Notes: generated from the letters alone by a model not told the origin. A stretch of DNA of 64,000 bases from a bacterium (GCA_021801645.1 JAJYXT010000065.1:7501-71500), one strand, 5' to 3'; positions 1 to 10,773 are shown, counted from the first letter of the stretch. A program made the numbers and translations.

Positions 1-1486
1 TGGGTCGCAAGGTCCAGGTGATAGGCCGGCGGGGAGCCCGCCAAGGAGCTGGTGACGGAGAAGTGAGTCAGGAAGTGCGGTACCTCGACCACCAGCGGGC
101 GGCCGCCGGTCGGTCCCGCCACCCCCACCGCCAGCTGACCTGTGGACGGGTCGTAAGCCAGGGAGGTCAGCCTTCCGGGGGTGGTCCGGGGATAGGCGCG
201 CGCCACCAGCCGGAGGCGGCTGGGGTGTTTGACGAAGGCCCAGCTGCCCCCCTCGTCCCAGTCCCAGTAGGCCCATCCCAAGCGGTATGAGTCCAGTTCG
301 TCCATCTCCCGGGCTATCCAGGCGTTGCCGGACGCCCCGGGAGGGCCGCCCACCTCGCCCACCCAGGGGGCGGCGCCGGCTGTCCTGGCCTGTCCCTCGA
401 GCAGCTTGAGCGGGGCGCCGTACTGGGGAACGGGGGCCTGCCAGGGAGGCTCGAGCAGAGTGGCGAAAACGTGGCTGGAGAAGATCTGGTCGGGATAGGG
501 CAGCCGGCCCACATAGGTGGGGAGGCCGAAATCCAGGGTCTGCTCCTCCATGTACATCTGGCGGGGAGCCACCCGGGCCATCGCCGAGATCAGGCTGGCC
601 TCGAAGGGAAGCAGGAACTTGGCCTCGAACACCCCCGGGGGATGGGGAAGGGGTGGGGCTCGTTCCAGAGGTCGAAGGCGGCCACCGCCGAGTCGTGGCT
701 GAAGGCCCGGGCCACCACCGTCCAGGCCTGGATCGCGTCCTGCTGCCAGCCGCCGAGGTCTGCCCAGAAGATGCCGTAGCTGGCCAGAACCCCGGGAGCC
801 AGGTGCCGGTTCCAGGGGCTGCCCGCCGGGAAGCTACGGGGAAGGAATCCGGCCGTGAGCCAGCTGGGGGCACCGTCTCCGCCGTAGTAGATGCTCCAGT
901 CGATGTTGTGGAAGTCGATCACTGAGTAGATGCCTTCCCGGGCGGCCTCCCCCACCACCCTCTTGAGGAGGTCCAGGTACGACGTTGAGAACCTTCCCGG
1001 CCGGGGCTCGAGGAGCGACCAGCTGATGGGGATGCGGACGACGTCGAAGCCGTCCGCGGCCATCTCCGCGAAGTCCCTTGCGGTGGGAACCGGTCCCGGG
1101 CGCATGTCCTTGGCCTGGAGCAGCCCGGTGACGTTCATCCCCCGCAGCAGCACCTGATCACCGGCGCTGTCCAGGATCTCCTTGCCGTTGCTGTGCAGCC
1201 ATGGGAGTTCAGGTGTCGAGGAACGGCCCGCCCGCGCCAGCGCCGCCCGGGCGCTGCTCGGGTAGACCGGATAGGAGTTGGGGATAACGGCGTAGGCGGC
1301 CAGGAGCAGCACCACCATCAGCACGGCGGTCCCCGCTCCAGCAAGGCAGCCGCAGCAACCCCGTCGGCATCCGCTGCGCCGGTCAGGCCAGGGTTGCGGA
1401 GGGGATCGGGATTCGTCCTCGTCGGGCAGCGGCAGGGGCGGGCTCGCCATCAGGTCGTGGACCGCATCCGGGCTGCTCCGCGCCAC
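1..1486 (-). CDS. Membrane-anchored glycoside hydrolase family 5 (endoglycoceramidase-like); one frameshift at ~632-641; 3' end runs off the window
   Basis: ORF 590-1486 has an N-terminal TM, LRGMNV, VVRIPISWSLLEP, IDFH and the acid/base motif WNEP. After a 1-nt shift in the C5G5 run the reading continues with GH5 features (FSSH, WVGEVGG nucleophile, GWAYWDW, RAYPRTTPG) to base 1. Confidence 0.8.
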
Positions 1487-1976
1487 CTTCCCAGCTGGCC
1501 GCCGCCAGGGGCGGTCTCACTCGATGAGGGCCTTCCAGAAGCGTTCCCGCCCCGCGTACCGGTGCTCTGGCCGCGCGCCCGCTGGAGAAGGGGCAGCATT
1601 CGGGCAAGGTGGTGAGATCCCACTGGGGCTCCTCGGCGCGGCTGGCGGGCTAGATGATGGCCCGTGCGGCCGTGGTTGTCCAGCCCCAAGCTCCCGGGGG
1701 CGAGACGTGGGCGCGGCGGCCGCCGGCGCCCTGTCGGGACAGGGGGTTGATGCCCGCTACGAGAAGCTTCCCCGAGACCCCACGGGGCGGTGGCGCCCGG
1801 GCGCATCCTCACACTTGCTCCAAAAGAACGAGTCACCGCCGCCCCTACGGGTGGCACCCACCACGCCCCCCTAGGCGAGTCGATCCCAGGCGATGGCCAG
1901 GTTCGCTCTCCAGGACCGGGAGACCCCGGGCGAGAAGGCTGAAATTTGACATCCTGGCCGTCCGAACCGGGACCAG

Positions 1977-2005
1977 TTGCCAAGCCAATCGCGGTGGACC
2001 ATACT
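1977..2005 (+). promoter_or_regulatory. Putative sigma70 promoter for the cox-like operon
   Basis: TTGCCA-17 nt-CATACT about 100 nt upstream of the coxS-like start. Confidence 0.45.
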
Positions 2006-2102
2006 TCGACCGGCAAGCTGCCCGACGCCCGCGGGGTCTGGCTTCTCACCAGGTTCGCCCACAGGGCTGGCCAGTTCGGCACCCGTCGCACGGAGGGTTC
2101 TC

Positions 2103-2597
2103 ATGGGACAGACTCTGCGGGTCACGGTGAACGGGGAGGCGCGCAGCGACGAGGTCGAGCCGCGCCTGCTCCTGGTGCACTATCTGCGCGAGACGTGCGG
2201 GCTGACCGGCACCCACGTGGGCTGCGACACCAGCCAGTGCGGCGCCTGCACCGTGCTCCTGGACGGGGCTGCGGTCAAGTCCTGCAACATGCTGGCGCTG
2301 CAGGCGGACGGTGCCGAGATCACCACCATCGAGGGGCTGGCTCCGGAGGGAGGACTCCACCCGCTCCAGACCGCCTTCTGGGAGAACCATGGGTTGCAGT
2401 GCGGCTACTGCACCCCCGGGTTCATCATGGCGGCCGCCGCGCTCCTGGCCGAGAACCACGACCCCTCGGACGAGGAGATCGGGAGGGGGCTGGAGGGGAA
2501 CCTCTGCCGGTGCACCGGCTACGTGAACATCCGCAAGGCGGTCAAGGCTGCGGCCCAGGCCATGCGTGAGGGGGCTGCGGCCCCAATCGGAGGGTAG
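2103..2597 (+). CDS. coxS: Xanthine dehydrogenase/CODH family [2Fe-2S] small subunit (CoxS/CutS-like)
   Basis: [20 protein letters not shown] and CRCTGY motifs; SD GGAGG before ATG 2103. Confidence 0.93.
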   Translation: MGQTLRVTVNGEARSDEVEPRLLLVHYLRETCGLTGTHVGCDTSQCGACTVLLDGAAVKSCNMLALQADGAEITTIEGLAPEGGLHPLQTAFWENHGLQCGYCTPGFIMAAAALLAENHDPSDEEIGRGLEGNLCRCTGYVNIRKAVKAAAQAMREGAAAPIGG

Positions 2598-2601
2598 GGA
2601 G

Positions 2602-4947
2602 ATGGCGGTCACTCAGCTGATCGGAGCCCGGGTCCAGCGCCGGGAGGACCCGCGGCTGATCACCGGGCACGGACGCTTCATGGAGGACCACACCCTGCCC
2701 GGGCTGACCCACCTGGCGGTGGTGCGCAGCCCCCACCCCCACGCCCTCATCCTCGGCATCGACACCGCGGCGGCCCGCGCGCTTCCCGGGGTGCTGGCGG
2801 TCTTCACCGCCGCCGACTTCCACAAGGTGCTCAGCGGGAGCATGCCGGTCACGCCGTCCTTCGCCCCGGAGAAGAAGTACGTCCCGGAGCGTTTCCCGAT
2901 CGCGGACCGCGAGGTCTGCTTCCAGGGGGAGCCGGTGGCCGTGGTGGTGGCCAACGACCGCTACCTGGCCGCGGACGCCGCCGACCTGGTCCATGTCACC
3001 TACGAGCCCCTGCCGGCGGTGGTGGACCCGGAGGGGGCGATGAATCCTGGCAGCCCCCTGGTCCACACCGACGGGCCGGACAACATCGGCTGGGACATGA
3101 CCTACGCGGGAGGTGACATCGACGCCGCCTTCAGCCGGGCCGAGGTGGTGGTGAAGGAGCGCATCATCCAGCAGAGGCTGGCCCCCTCCGCCATGGAGAC
3201 CCGGGGGGTGATGGCGAGCTACTCCCCCTACTCCGAGGACCTCACCCTCTGGCTCAGCAGCCAGAACCCCCACTTCATCCGCCTCTTCGTGTCCGGGGCC
3301 ATGGGTATCCCGGAGAGCCGGGTCAGGGTGGTCTCACCCGACGTGGGTGGCGGCTTCGGCAGCAAGATCAGCCCCTACCCCGAGGACTACCTGGTGCCGG
3401 CCGCCTCCAAGCTCCTGGGTCGGCCGGTGCGCTGGATCGAGACCCGGACCGAGAGCGTGATGACCACCATCCACGGCCGGGGTCAGGTGTTCACCGCGGA
3501 GGCGGCGGCCCTCCGTGACGGGACCCTCCTGGGGCTCCGTCTCACCCAGGTGCTGGACCTCGGCGCCTACCACGGGACCTTCGGGGCCTTCCAGGCGTGT
3601 GCCTGCCTCATGGCGGGAGGGGTGTACCGCTGGGAGGCGATCTCCGCCCGCACCGTGGGGGTGCTCACCAACAAGGTGCCCACCGACCCGTACCGGGGGG
3701 CGGGCCGGCCCGAGGGCACCCACCTCTGCGAGAGGATGGTGGACCGGGTGGCCGATGAGTTGGGGATGGACCCCGCCGAGCTGCGGCGCAAGAACTTCGC
3801 CCGTGAGTTCCCCTTCGTCAACAACTTCGGCCTGACCTACGACTCCGGCAACTACGACGGCACCCTGGACCGGGCCATGGAGCTCTCCGACTACCAGGGC
3901 TGGCGGCAGCGCCAGGCGAGCGCCAGAGATGAGGGGCGGCTGATAGGCATCGGACTCTCAACCTGGGTGGAGATCTGCGGCTTGGGCCCCAGCGCCGCCA
4001 CCGCCGGAGCCACCGGGGGGATCGCCCTGGTGGAGTCCGCCCAGATCCGCTTCCTCCCCTCCGGCTCGGTGGCCGCGTACGTGGGAACCCACGCCCACGG
4101 GCAGGGACATGACACCACCTTCTCCCAGCTGGTGGCGGAGACACTTGGGGTGCCGCTGGAGGCGGTCGACCTGCGTCACGGGGACACCGCCGAGGGCCCG
4201 GCGTTCGGCTACGGCACCTACGGCAGCCGCAGCCTTTCGGTGGGGGGGATGGCCCTCTACACCGCCTCCCAGGAGATCCTCGCCAAGGCGAGGAAGCTGG
4301 CGGCGCACCTTCTGGAGGCCTCTCCAGACGACCTGGAGTTCACCGCCGGCGCCTTCACCGTCCGGGGCAACCCCCAGGCCAAGAAGACGATCCAGGAGGT
4401 GGCCCTGGCCAGCTACGGCGGCAATCTCCCGGCGGGGATGGAGCAGGGGCTGGAGGCGGTGAGCCACTTCGACCCGCCCAACTTCGTCTGGCCTTTCGGG
4501 GCCCACGTCTGCGTCGCGGAGGTGGATCGCGAGACCGGGGCGGTGGAGATCCTCAGCTACACCGGGGTGGATGACTGTGGCAACGTCATCAACCCGATGA
4601 TCGTCGAGGGTCAGGTCCAGGGCGGCATCGCCCAGAGCATCGCCCAGGCGCTCTTCGAGGAGGTGGTCTACGACGGCGAGTCAGGGCAGCTGGTGACCGG
4701 GACCATGCTGGACTACCTGGTCCCCACCATGAACGAGCTCCCGACCCCCCAGCTCGACCGGACCGTGACTCCCAGCCCCACCAACGCCCTGGGCGTGAAG
4801 GGGATCGGGGAGGCGGGGACGATCGCGGCCTCGGCGGCGGTGATCAATGCCGTCTGCGACGCCCTGAGGCCGCTGGGGATCCACCATGTGGACATGCCCG
4901 CCAGCCCGGACCGGCTCTGGCGGCTGATGCAGGAGGCAGGGCGGTGA
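2602..4947 (+). CDS. coxL: Xanthine dehydrogenase family molybdopterin-binding large subunit (form II CoxL/CutL-like)
   Basis: RREDPRLITG, GGGFGSK, PYRGAGRPE, GQGHDT, GTYGSRS and GVKGIGEAG motifs. Confidence 0.9.
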   Translation: MAVTQLIGARVQRREDPRLITGHGRFMEDHTLPGLTHLAVVRSPHPHALILGIDTAAARALPGVLAVFTAADFHKVLSGSMPVTPSFAPEKKYVPERFPIADREVCFQGEPVAVVVANDRYLAADAADLVHVTYEPLPAVVDPEGAMNPGSPLVHTDGPDNIGWDMTYAGGDIDAAFSRAEVVVKERIIQQRLAPSAMETRGVMASYSPYSEDLTLWLSSQNPHFIRLFVSGAMGIPESRVRVVSPDVGGGFGSKISPYPEDYLVPAASKLLGRPVRWIETRTESVMTTIHGRGQVFTAEAAALRDGTLLGLRLTQVLDLGAYHGTFGAFQACACLMAGGVYRWEAISARTVGVLTNKVPTDPYRGAGRPEGTHLCERMVDRVADELGMDPAELRRKNFAREFPFVNNFGLTYDSGNYDGTLDRAMELSDYQGWRQRQASARDEGRLIGIGLSTWVEICGLGPSAATAGATGGIALVESAQIRFLPSGSVAAYVGTHAHGQGHDTTFSQLVAETLGVPLEAVDLRHGDTAEGPAFGYGTYGSRSLSVGGMALYTASQEILAKARKLAAHLLEASPDDLEFTAGAFTVRGNPQAKKTIQEVALASYGGNLPAGMEQGLEAVSHFDPPNFVWPFGAHVCVAEVDRETGAVEILSYTGVDDCGNVINPMIVEGQVQGGIAQSIAQALFEEVVYDGESGQLVTGTMLDYLVPTMNELPTPQLDRTVTPSPTNALGVKGIGEAGTIAASAAVINAVCDALRPLGIHHVDMPASPDRLWRLMQEAGR

Positions 4948-5750
4948 TTCCAGCAGCATTCCAGTACTCGAAGGCCGGCTCGGTGAGGGAGGCGGTGGCC
5001 CAGCTCCGGGAGGCCGGCCCGGAGGCCAAGGTGATCGCCGGGGGCCAGAGCCTGATCCCCCTCCTGCGGCTCCGGCTCTCCCAGCCGTCCCATCTGGTCG
5101 ACGTCAACGGGGTTCGCGAGCTCGACTACGTCCACCCGGAGGGCGACCACCTGCGCGTGGGCGCCATGACCCGGCACTCCACCCTGGCCCGCTCCGAGCT
5201 GGTGCAGCGCCACCTCCCCCTGCTGGCGGAGATGGCCGCCCAGGTCGGCGATCCGCAGATCCGGGCCCGGGGCACCCTGGGTGGGGTCTTCGCCCACGCC
5301 GACGCCGCGGGGGACTACCCCACCCTGGCGGTGATGTTGGACGCCACCATCGTCACGGACCGGCGCCGGGTTGCCGCCCGGGACTTCTTCCAGCACCTCT
5401 TCACCACCGCGCTCGCCGAGGACGAGCTGGTCTGCGAGGTGGTCTTCCCCATGGCCCCCGGACCGCACCGCTACATCAAGTTCCGGCGCCGGCTCTACGA
5501 CTGGGCCATCGTCGGGGCGGCCGTGCAGAAGATGGACTCCGGGTGGCGAGTGGGGCTGACGCACGTCGGCCCGACCGCGGTGAGAGCGGCCGCGGTGGAG
5601 AGCCGCCTGCAGGCCGGGGCCTCCTTCACGGAGGCGGCCAGCGCCGCCGCGGACGGCCTGGAGCCCCCCAGCGACGTGCGCGCCTCGGCGGACTACCGGC
5701 GGCATCTGGCCCAGGTCCTCACCCGCAGGGCCCTGGAACAGGCGGCCTGA
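4944..5750 (+). CDS. coxM: FAD-binding medium subunit (CoxM/CutM-like)
   Basis: MIPAAFQY start, AGGQSLIP, IRARGTLGG, HADAAGD, SDVRASADYR. Confidence 0.92.
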   Translation: MIPAAFQYSKAGSVREAVAQLREAGPEAKVIAGGQSLIPLLRLRLSQPSHLVDVNGVRELDYVHPEGDHLRVGAMTRHSTLARSELVQRHLPLLAEMAAQVGDPQIRARGTLGGVFAHADAAGDYPTLAVMLDATIVTDRRRVAARDFFQHLFTTALAEDELVCEVVFPMAPGPHRYIKFRRRLYDWAIVGAAVQKMDSGWRVGLTHVGPTAVRAAAVESRLQAGASFTEAASAAADGLEPPSDVRASADYRRHLAQVLTRRALEQAA

Positions 5751-5765
5751 GGGCGGTCTCGGCTG

Positions 5766-6695
5766 GTGGGCCGGGGCGCGGAAGGGGCGCCGGAGGAGGT
5801 CGGCTGGCCGGGGGCTGAGGGCCTCGAATCGGTCGAGGAGATGCGGTCTCGGCTGGCCGCCGCCAGCTACCTCGCCGACCCCGCGCTGGCCACCGTTGCC
5901 TACCTGGGGCTAAGGCTGGAGCGGCCGGTGCTGCTGGAGGGCGAGGCGGGGGTGGGGAAGACCGAGCTGGCCAAGGCGCTCTCCAGGGTGCTGGGCGCCC
6001 CGCTGGTGCGGCTGCAGTGCTACGAGGGCATCGACGTGAGCCAGGCGCTGTACGAGTGGAACCATGCCCGCCAGCTGCTGGCGATCCGGCAGCACGAGGG
6101 GGGAGGGCCGGACCTCGACCTCTACGCCGACCGCTTCCTCATCCGCCGCCCCCTCCTGGAGGCTCTCGCTCCGGCGGACGGGCGGCGCCGGGTGCTGCTC
6201 ATCGACGAGGTCGACCGCAGCGACGACGAGTTTGAGGCGTTCCTCCTGGAGATGCTGTCTGACTGGCAGGTGACCATCCCCGAACGCGGCACCATCAGCT
6301 GCGCGAGTCCCCCACTGGTGCTCCTGACCTCCAATCGGACCCGCGAGCTTCACGACGCCCTGAAGCGGCGCTGCCTCTACCACTGGATCGACTACCCGGG
6401 GTTTGCCGAGGAGCTGGCGATCGTGCGCCTGCGCCTCCCTGAGGTCCCGGGCCAGCTGGCCCGCCAGGTGGTGGCTTTCGTGCAGCAGCTGCGCTCCCTG
6501 CAGCTGTATAAGCTGCCCGGGGTGGCCGAGACCCTAGACTGGGCCGCCGCCCTGATGGCGCTGGAGCGCCACCGGCTGGACCCCGAGCTGGTGGCCGCCA
6601 CCCTGGGCAGCCTGCTCAAGTACCAGGAGGACCTGGCGGCGGTGTCCGGAACCAGGCTTCCCGAACTCCTGGCCGAGGCCGGTGTTGGGGTCTGA
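5766..6695 (+). CDS. coxD: MoxR-family AAA+ ATPase (CoxD-like)
   Basis: GEAGVGKT, RLQCYEG, LIDEVDR, TSNRTRELHDALKRRC. Confidence 0.9.
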   Translation: MGRGAEGAPEEVGWPGAEGLESVEEMRSRLAAASYLADPALATVAYLGLRLERPVLLEGEAGVGKTELAKALSRVLGAPLVRLQCYEGIDVSQALYEWNHARQLLAIRQHEGGGPDLDLYADRFLIRRPLLEALAPADGRRRVLLIDEVDRSDDEFEAFLLEMLSDWQVTIPERGTISCASPPLVLLTSNRTRELHDALKRRCLYHWIDYPGFAEELAIVRLRLPEVPGQLARQVVAFVQQLRSLQLYKLPGVAETLDWAAALMALERHRLDPELVAATLGSLLKYQEDLAAVSGTRLPELLAEAGVGV

Positions 6696-7857
6696 GGTCA
6701 GAGCGGAGACGGCAGGGTTCGTGCCCACCCTGGTCGGGCTGGCCCGACGGCTTCGGCGCGAGGGGCTGCGGGTGGGCACCTCCGAGCTGCTGCTGGGGCT
6801 GAGAGCAGCGGCGCTGGTGGGTGTGGAGGACCGGGCCCGGCTCCGGCTGGCGCTGCGCTGCTGCTGGTGCCACCGGCAGGGCGACCTCGCCGTCTTCGAC
6901 CGGGCCTTCCTGGAGGAGCTGGGCTGGCCGCGACGGGAGCCCTCGCGGCTGGCCCGCCCGGTGGCCCAGGTCACGGTGCGCGCCGAGACCCCGGGCGCGG
7001 CCTCCGAGACCACCGGGCCGTGGTCGAAGGGGCAGCCGCGGGGGACCGCCAGCCTGGACGAGCGGCTGCGCCGGCTGGACTTCGCCGCCTGCACCAGCGA
7101 GGAACTGGCCGACCTGGAGCGGGCGGTGGCCGAGCTGGCGGCGCGTCCGGCGCTGCGGCGCTCCCGACGCTACCGGCCCGCCCGCCGGGGCCGGCAGCTC
7201 GATTGGCGTCGCACCAGCGCCGCGGCGCTGCGTTCCGGAGGCGAGCCGTTGCGCTTGCGCCGGCGCCGCCGCGGGGAGCGGCCGGTGCAGCTCCTGCTCA
7301 TCTGCGACGTCAGCGGCTCGATGGAGCGCTACGCTCGCCTGATGGTGCGCTTCCTGCATGCCCTCGAGAGGACCTCCCCGGGCGCTGAGGCCTTCATCTT
7401 CGGCACCCGCCTCACCCGGGTCACCCGGGAGCTCCGGCAGGCGGATCCTGCCGCGGCGCTGAGAGCGGTGGGCGCCGCGGTCCCGGACTGGTCTGGGGGG
7501 ACGCGCATCGGTGACTGTCTCCACGAGCTGCTCACCAGGTGGGGCGGGCGGGCGCTGAGCCGCGGGCCGGTGACCATCCTGCTCAGCGACGGCTGGGAGA
7601 CCGGGGACGTCTCCAGGCTGGCGGAGGCGGCCGCCCGGCTGCGGCGGGGCAGCCGCCTCTTCATCTGGTGCAACCCCCGCATGGGGGATCCGGAATTCCG
7701 TCCCGAGGCGGCGGGGATGCGGGCGGCGCTGCCCCACCTGGACCGCCTTCAGCCGGTGCACAACTACGCGAGCCTGCTGGAGCTGAGCCGGGTCCTCCGG
7801 CTCGACGAGGGCGGGGGGCGGAGCCGGGCCCGTAGGGGTGGGACGAGCCTTGCTTGA
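6682..7857 (+). CDS. coxE: vWA-domain protein (CoxE-like)
   Basis: MIDAS DVSGSM, FGTRLTRVT, WSGGTRIG, SDGWETG; follows the MoxR ATPase. Confidence 0.88.
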   Translation: MLGSEVRAETAGFVPTLVGLARRLRREGLRVGTSELLLGLRAAALVGVEDRARLRLALRCCWCHRQGDLAVFDRAFLEELGWPRREPSRLARPVAQVTVRAETPGAASETTGPWSKGQPRGTASLDERLRRLDFAACTSEELADLERAVAELAARPALRRSRRYRPARRGRQLDWRRTSAAALRSGGEPLRLRRRRRGERPVQLLLICDVSGSMERYARLMVRFLHALERTSPGAEAFIFGTRLTRVTRELRQADPAAALRAVGAAVPDWSGGTRIGDCLHELLTRWGGRALSRGPVTILLSDGWETGDVSRLAEAAARLRRGSRLFIWCNPRMGDPEFRPEAAGMRAALPHLDRLQPVHNYASLLELSRVLRLDEGGGRSRARRGGTSLA

Positions 7858-8899
7858 GCTGATACCGACCCTGGACGACTGGGCGCCCCAGTACCCCGAG
7901 GTGGCGGTGGCGACGGTGGTGCGCACCTGGGGCTCGACCCCTCGCCCTCCCGGCGCCCGGCTGGCGATCGCCCCGGACGGGAGGATGGCGGGGTCGGTCA
8001 GCGGGGGATGCCTGGAGGCGGAGGTGGTGGAGCAGGGGCTCCGGACCCTCTCCGGGGAAGCTCCCCGGGTCCTTCACTACGGGATCGCGGACGAGCTGGG
8101 CTGGACGGTGGGGCTGGCGTGCGGGGGGGAGGTGGACATCTTCGTGGAGCGTCTCCGCTGGGACTCGGGGGACCCCCTGGTGGCCGAGCTCAAGGAGGCG
8201 GCCCGGAGCGGAGTGGACGCCGTCCTCTGCACCTGGCTGAGCGGCGCTGAGGTGGGCCGGCGGGCGCTCCTGGTGGGCGAGCGATTGGTGGGGGGTGGCA
8301 CGCCCTCCGAGCGGGCGGCTCTCATCGCGGCAGCCTCCCCGCACCAGCGCAGCGGTCGCGCCGGGGTCGAGGCGGTCCTCGGCACCGAGGTTCTGCTGGA
8401 GCCGCTGGGCACCGCCCCGGAGATGGTGATCGTGGGCGCCGTGGACACCGGGTCCGCCCTCTGCCGGCTGGCCCAGGAGGTGGGTTACCGGGTGCTGGTG
8501 GTGGACCCCCGAGAGCGGTTTCTGACCCGCGAGCGCTTCCCCAGCGCGGACGAGCTGATCCAGGAGTGGCCCCAGAGCGCACTGGCCCGCCTCCGGCTCG
8601 GGTCCCGGGATGCGGCGGTCTGCCTGACCCACGATCCCAAGTTCGATGACCCCACCCTGCTGGCCCTACTGCGGAGCAGGGTCGGCTACATCGGGGCCAT
8701 CGGCAGCCGGAAGACCCAGGAGGCAAGGCGGCAGCGGCTCATCGGGTTGGGGGCGGACCCGCAGTCCCTCCCTCGCATCCACGGCCCGGTGGGGCTGGAC
8801 CTGGGCGGCGCCACACCGGCCGAGCAGGCGCTCGCCATCCTGGCGGAGGCGGTGGCCGTCCGCTACGGGCGCAGCGGGCTGCCACTCCAGGCCGGATGA
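7838..8899 (+). CDS. xdhC: XdhC/CoxF-family Moco insertion chaperone
   Basis: WGSTPRPPG, GSVSGGCLE, GLACGG, THDPKFD, YIGAIGSR, PVGLDLG. Confidence 0.9.
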   Translation: MGRALLELIPTLDDWAPQYPEVAVATVVRTWGSTPRPPGARLAIAPDGRMAGSVSGGCLEAEVVEQGLRTLSGEAPRVLHYGIADELGWTVGLACGGEVDIFVERLRWDSGDPLVAELKEAARSGVDAVLCTWLSGAEVGRRALLVGERLVGGGTPSERAALIAAASPHQRSGRAGVEAVLGTEVLLEPLGTAPEMVIVGAVDTGSALCRLAQEVGYRVLVVDPRERFLTRERFPSADELIQEWPQSALARLRLGSRDAAVCLTHDPKFDDPTLLALLRSRVGYIGAIGSRKTQEARRQRLIGLGADPQSLPRIHGPVGLDLGGATPAEQALAILAEAVAVRYGRSGLPLQAG

Positions 8900-9540
8900 A
8901 GCCTGTGAGCCAGCCCTTCGTGGTGCTGGCGGCCGGCGCCAGCTCTCGCATGGGCCGGACCAAGCCGCTGCTGGAGCTCGGGGGGCGGACCCTTCTGGCC
9001 CTGGCACTCTGGGCCGCCCACGAGGGGGGCGCGGATCCGCTCCTGGTCGTCGCCAGGGACCCCGAGGAGCTCAGGTTGAGGGCGGGCGCCCTGCCGGGAG
9101 CGGAGTGGGTGGCGAGCCCGGAGGCCGCCCGGGGTCAGTCGTACTCGCTCCGGGTGGGGCTGCGCGCGGCAGCGCGCCATCAGCCCAAGGCGGTCCTGGT
9201 GGGGCTGGCCGATCAGGTCGGCCTCCGGCCGGAGGCTGTGGCCGCGGTGCTGGAAGCGGTGGCCGAGGGCGGCTCCGCAGCCTGGAGCGTGGCGTACGGG
9301 GGGGATCGCGCCTGCCCCGGCCACCCGGTGGCGCTGGGCCCGGCCACCTGGCCCCTGGTGGAACGGCTCCGGGGAGACCGGGGAGCTGGGCCGATCCTGG
9401 CCGGGCTGGGCGAGGAGCTGAGGTGGGTCGACCTGCCCTCCAGCTGGCGGCCGGTGGACTGCGACACCGAGGAGGACTACCAGGCACTGGTCGCCGCCGA
9501 TCTCGCCGGGATCCGGACCCCAACGGGCAATGCGGGCTGA
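8896..9540 (+). CDS. mocA: Molybdenum cofactor cytidylyltransferase-like NTP transferase
   Basis: VLAAGASSRMGRTKPLL, GHPV, GDRGA, DCDTEEDY. Confidence 0.85.
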   Translation: MKPVSQPFVVLAAGASSRMGRTKPLLELGGRTLLALALWAAHEGGADPLLVVARDPEELRLRAGALPGAEWVASPEAARGQSYSLRVGLRAAARHQPKAVLVGLADQVGLRPEAVAAVLEAVAEGGSAAWSVAYGGDRACPGHPVALGPATWPLVERLRGDRGAGPILAGLGEELRWVDLPSSWRPVDCDTEEDYQALVAADLAGIRTPTGNAG

Positions 9541-10573
9541 GTCCATTCCGGCGGACGGCTGGCGGGGCTCTCCGGAGCGCTGGCTGGGAGGGGTGCTCTG
9601 CCAGGACCTGAGAGCCGGCGACGGCACCCGGCTGCTGGCCAAGGGCCATCGGCTGGAGCGCGCCGACGACCTGCTCCTGGAGGCGGCGGCCCCGGGCGAC
9701 CTCCACCTGGTATTCCTGGAGCCGGGGGACGTGGATGAGGACTCGGCGGCGGTGCGGCTGGTGGCGCGGGTGGCCGGCGAGGGGTTGCTGGCCGGTCGGC
9801 CGGTCGAGTCCCAGGTGACCTGCCGGGCGCGCTGGCGGGGGTTGGTCCACGTGGCCTCTGAGCGCCTGCTGGCCCTCAACGCGCTGGATGGGGTCACTGT
9901 CTTCACCCTCCCCGACGGGATGCCGGTGGAGGCGGGGCGCTCGGTGGCCGGGGTCAAGGTGACCGGGCTGGGCATCCCGTCGGAGGCGCTGGAGGAGGCC
10001 GAGGCCCGGGCGGGGACCGGCGGCTTGGTGGACGTCCACCCCTTCCTGCCCCGCCGGGTGAGCGCCCTGGTGCTGGAGGGGCTCAGCCAGACCCGCCGGG
10101 CCCGGTTCGAGGAGGCGCTCCGGCTCAAGGTGGAATGGCTGCAGGGATCGGTGCGCGAGGTCAGGTACCTTCCCGATCGCGGCGCGGTGGACTGGGAGGT
10201 GATGAGTTCCATGGTGGCCACCTCCGACCTGCTGCTGGTGGCCGGCGTTGCCTCGATCGACCCTCTGGACCGCCCCTGGCGAGCGCTTCTCGAAGCCGGA
10301 GCACTCGCGGTGCGCCGGGGCCTTCCCGTGCATCCCGGGAGCAGCTACTGGGTGGCCCGGTTGGGATCGTGTGAGGTGGTGGGGGTGGCGTCCTGCGGGA
10401 TGTTCTCCCGCCGGACGGCCCTTGACCTCCTCCTCTGCCGGAGCTTCTCCGGCGGCTCGCTCACGCCGGAATACCTCGCCTCGCTCGGGGAGGGGGGTCT
10501 CCTGGCGAGGGAGCTCCAGCACCGCTTTCCCGACTACCGGGGCGAGGGGGCGGGGATCCTCGAGCCCGACTGA
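9530..10573 (+). CDS. MoeA-like molybdopterin-binding protein
   Basis: KGHRL, DVDEDSAA, SIDPLD and GLPVHPG segments typical of MoeA-like proteins in xdh clusters; translationally coupled to mocA. Confidence 0.65.
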   Translation: MRAESIPADGWRGSPERWLGGVLCQDLRAGDGTRLLAKGHRLERADDLLLEAAAPGDLHLVFLEPGDVDEDSAAVRLVARVAGEGLLAGRPVESQVTCRARWRGLVHVASERLLALNALDGVTVFTLPDGMPVEAGRSVAGVKVTGLGIPSEALEEAEARAGTGGLVDVHPFLPRRVSALVLEGLSQTRRARFEEALRLKVEWLQGSVREVRYLPDRGAVDWEVMSSMVATSDLLLVAGVASIDPLDRPWRALLEAGALAVRRGLPVHPGSSYWVARLGSCEVVGVASCGMFSRRTALDLLLCRSFSGGSLTPEYLASLGEGGLLARELQHRFPDYRGEGAGILEPD

Positions 10574-10773
10574 GCGGCCGGGTCCGCTCAGCGGCTGCGG
10601 ACGCCGTACCGGACCGGCCACCTGGCGCCTGCCCAACCCGAGATATACGAGCGGCGGCCATCGGTCCGGCGGGGTCCCAGCCAGCCGGTGCTGCGCAGCC
10701 CCAGACGGAGCTGAGGAACGCATGTGCGATGGAGCGCACTGAGCTGCGGAGTGGCGGCTGGCCCTAAGCGCCC

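Noticed and set aside
1487-1970. ORFs or a Moco riboswitch in the gap between GH5 and coxS
   Set aside because: The ORFs are low-complexity without motifs, and I could not match a riboswitch consensus.
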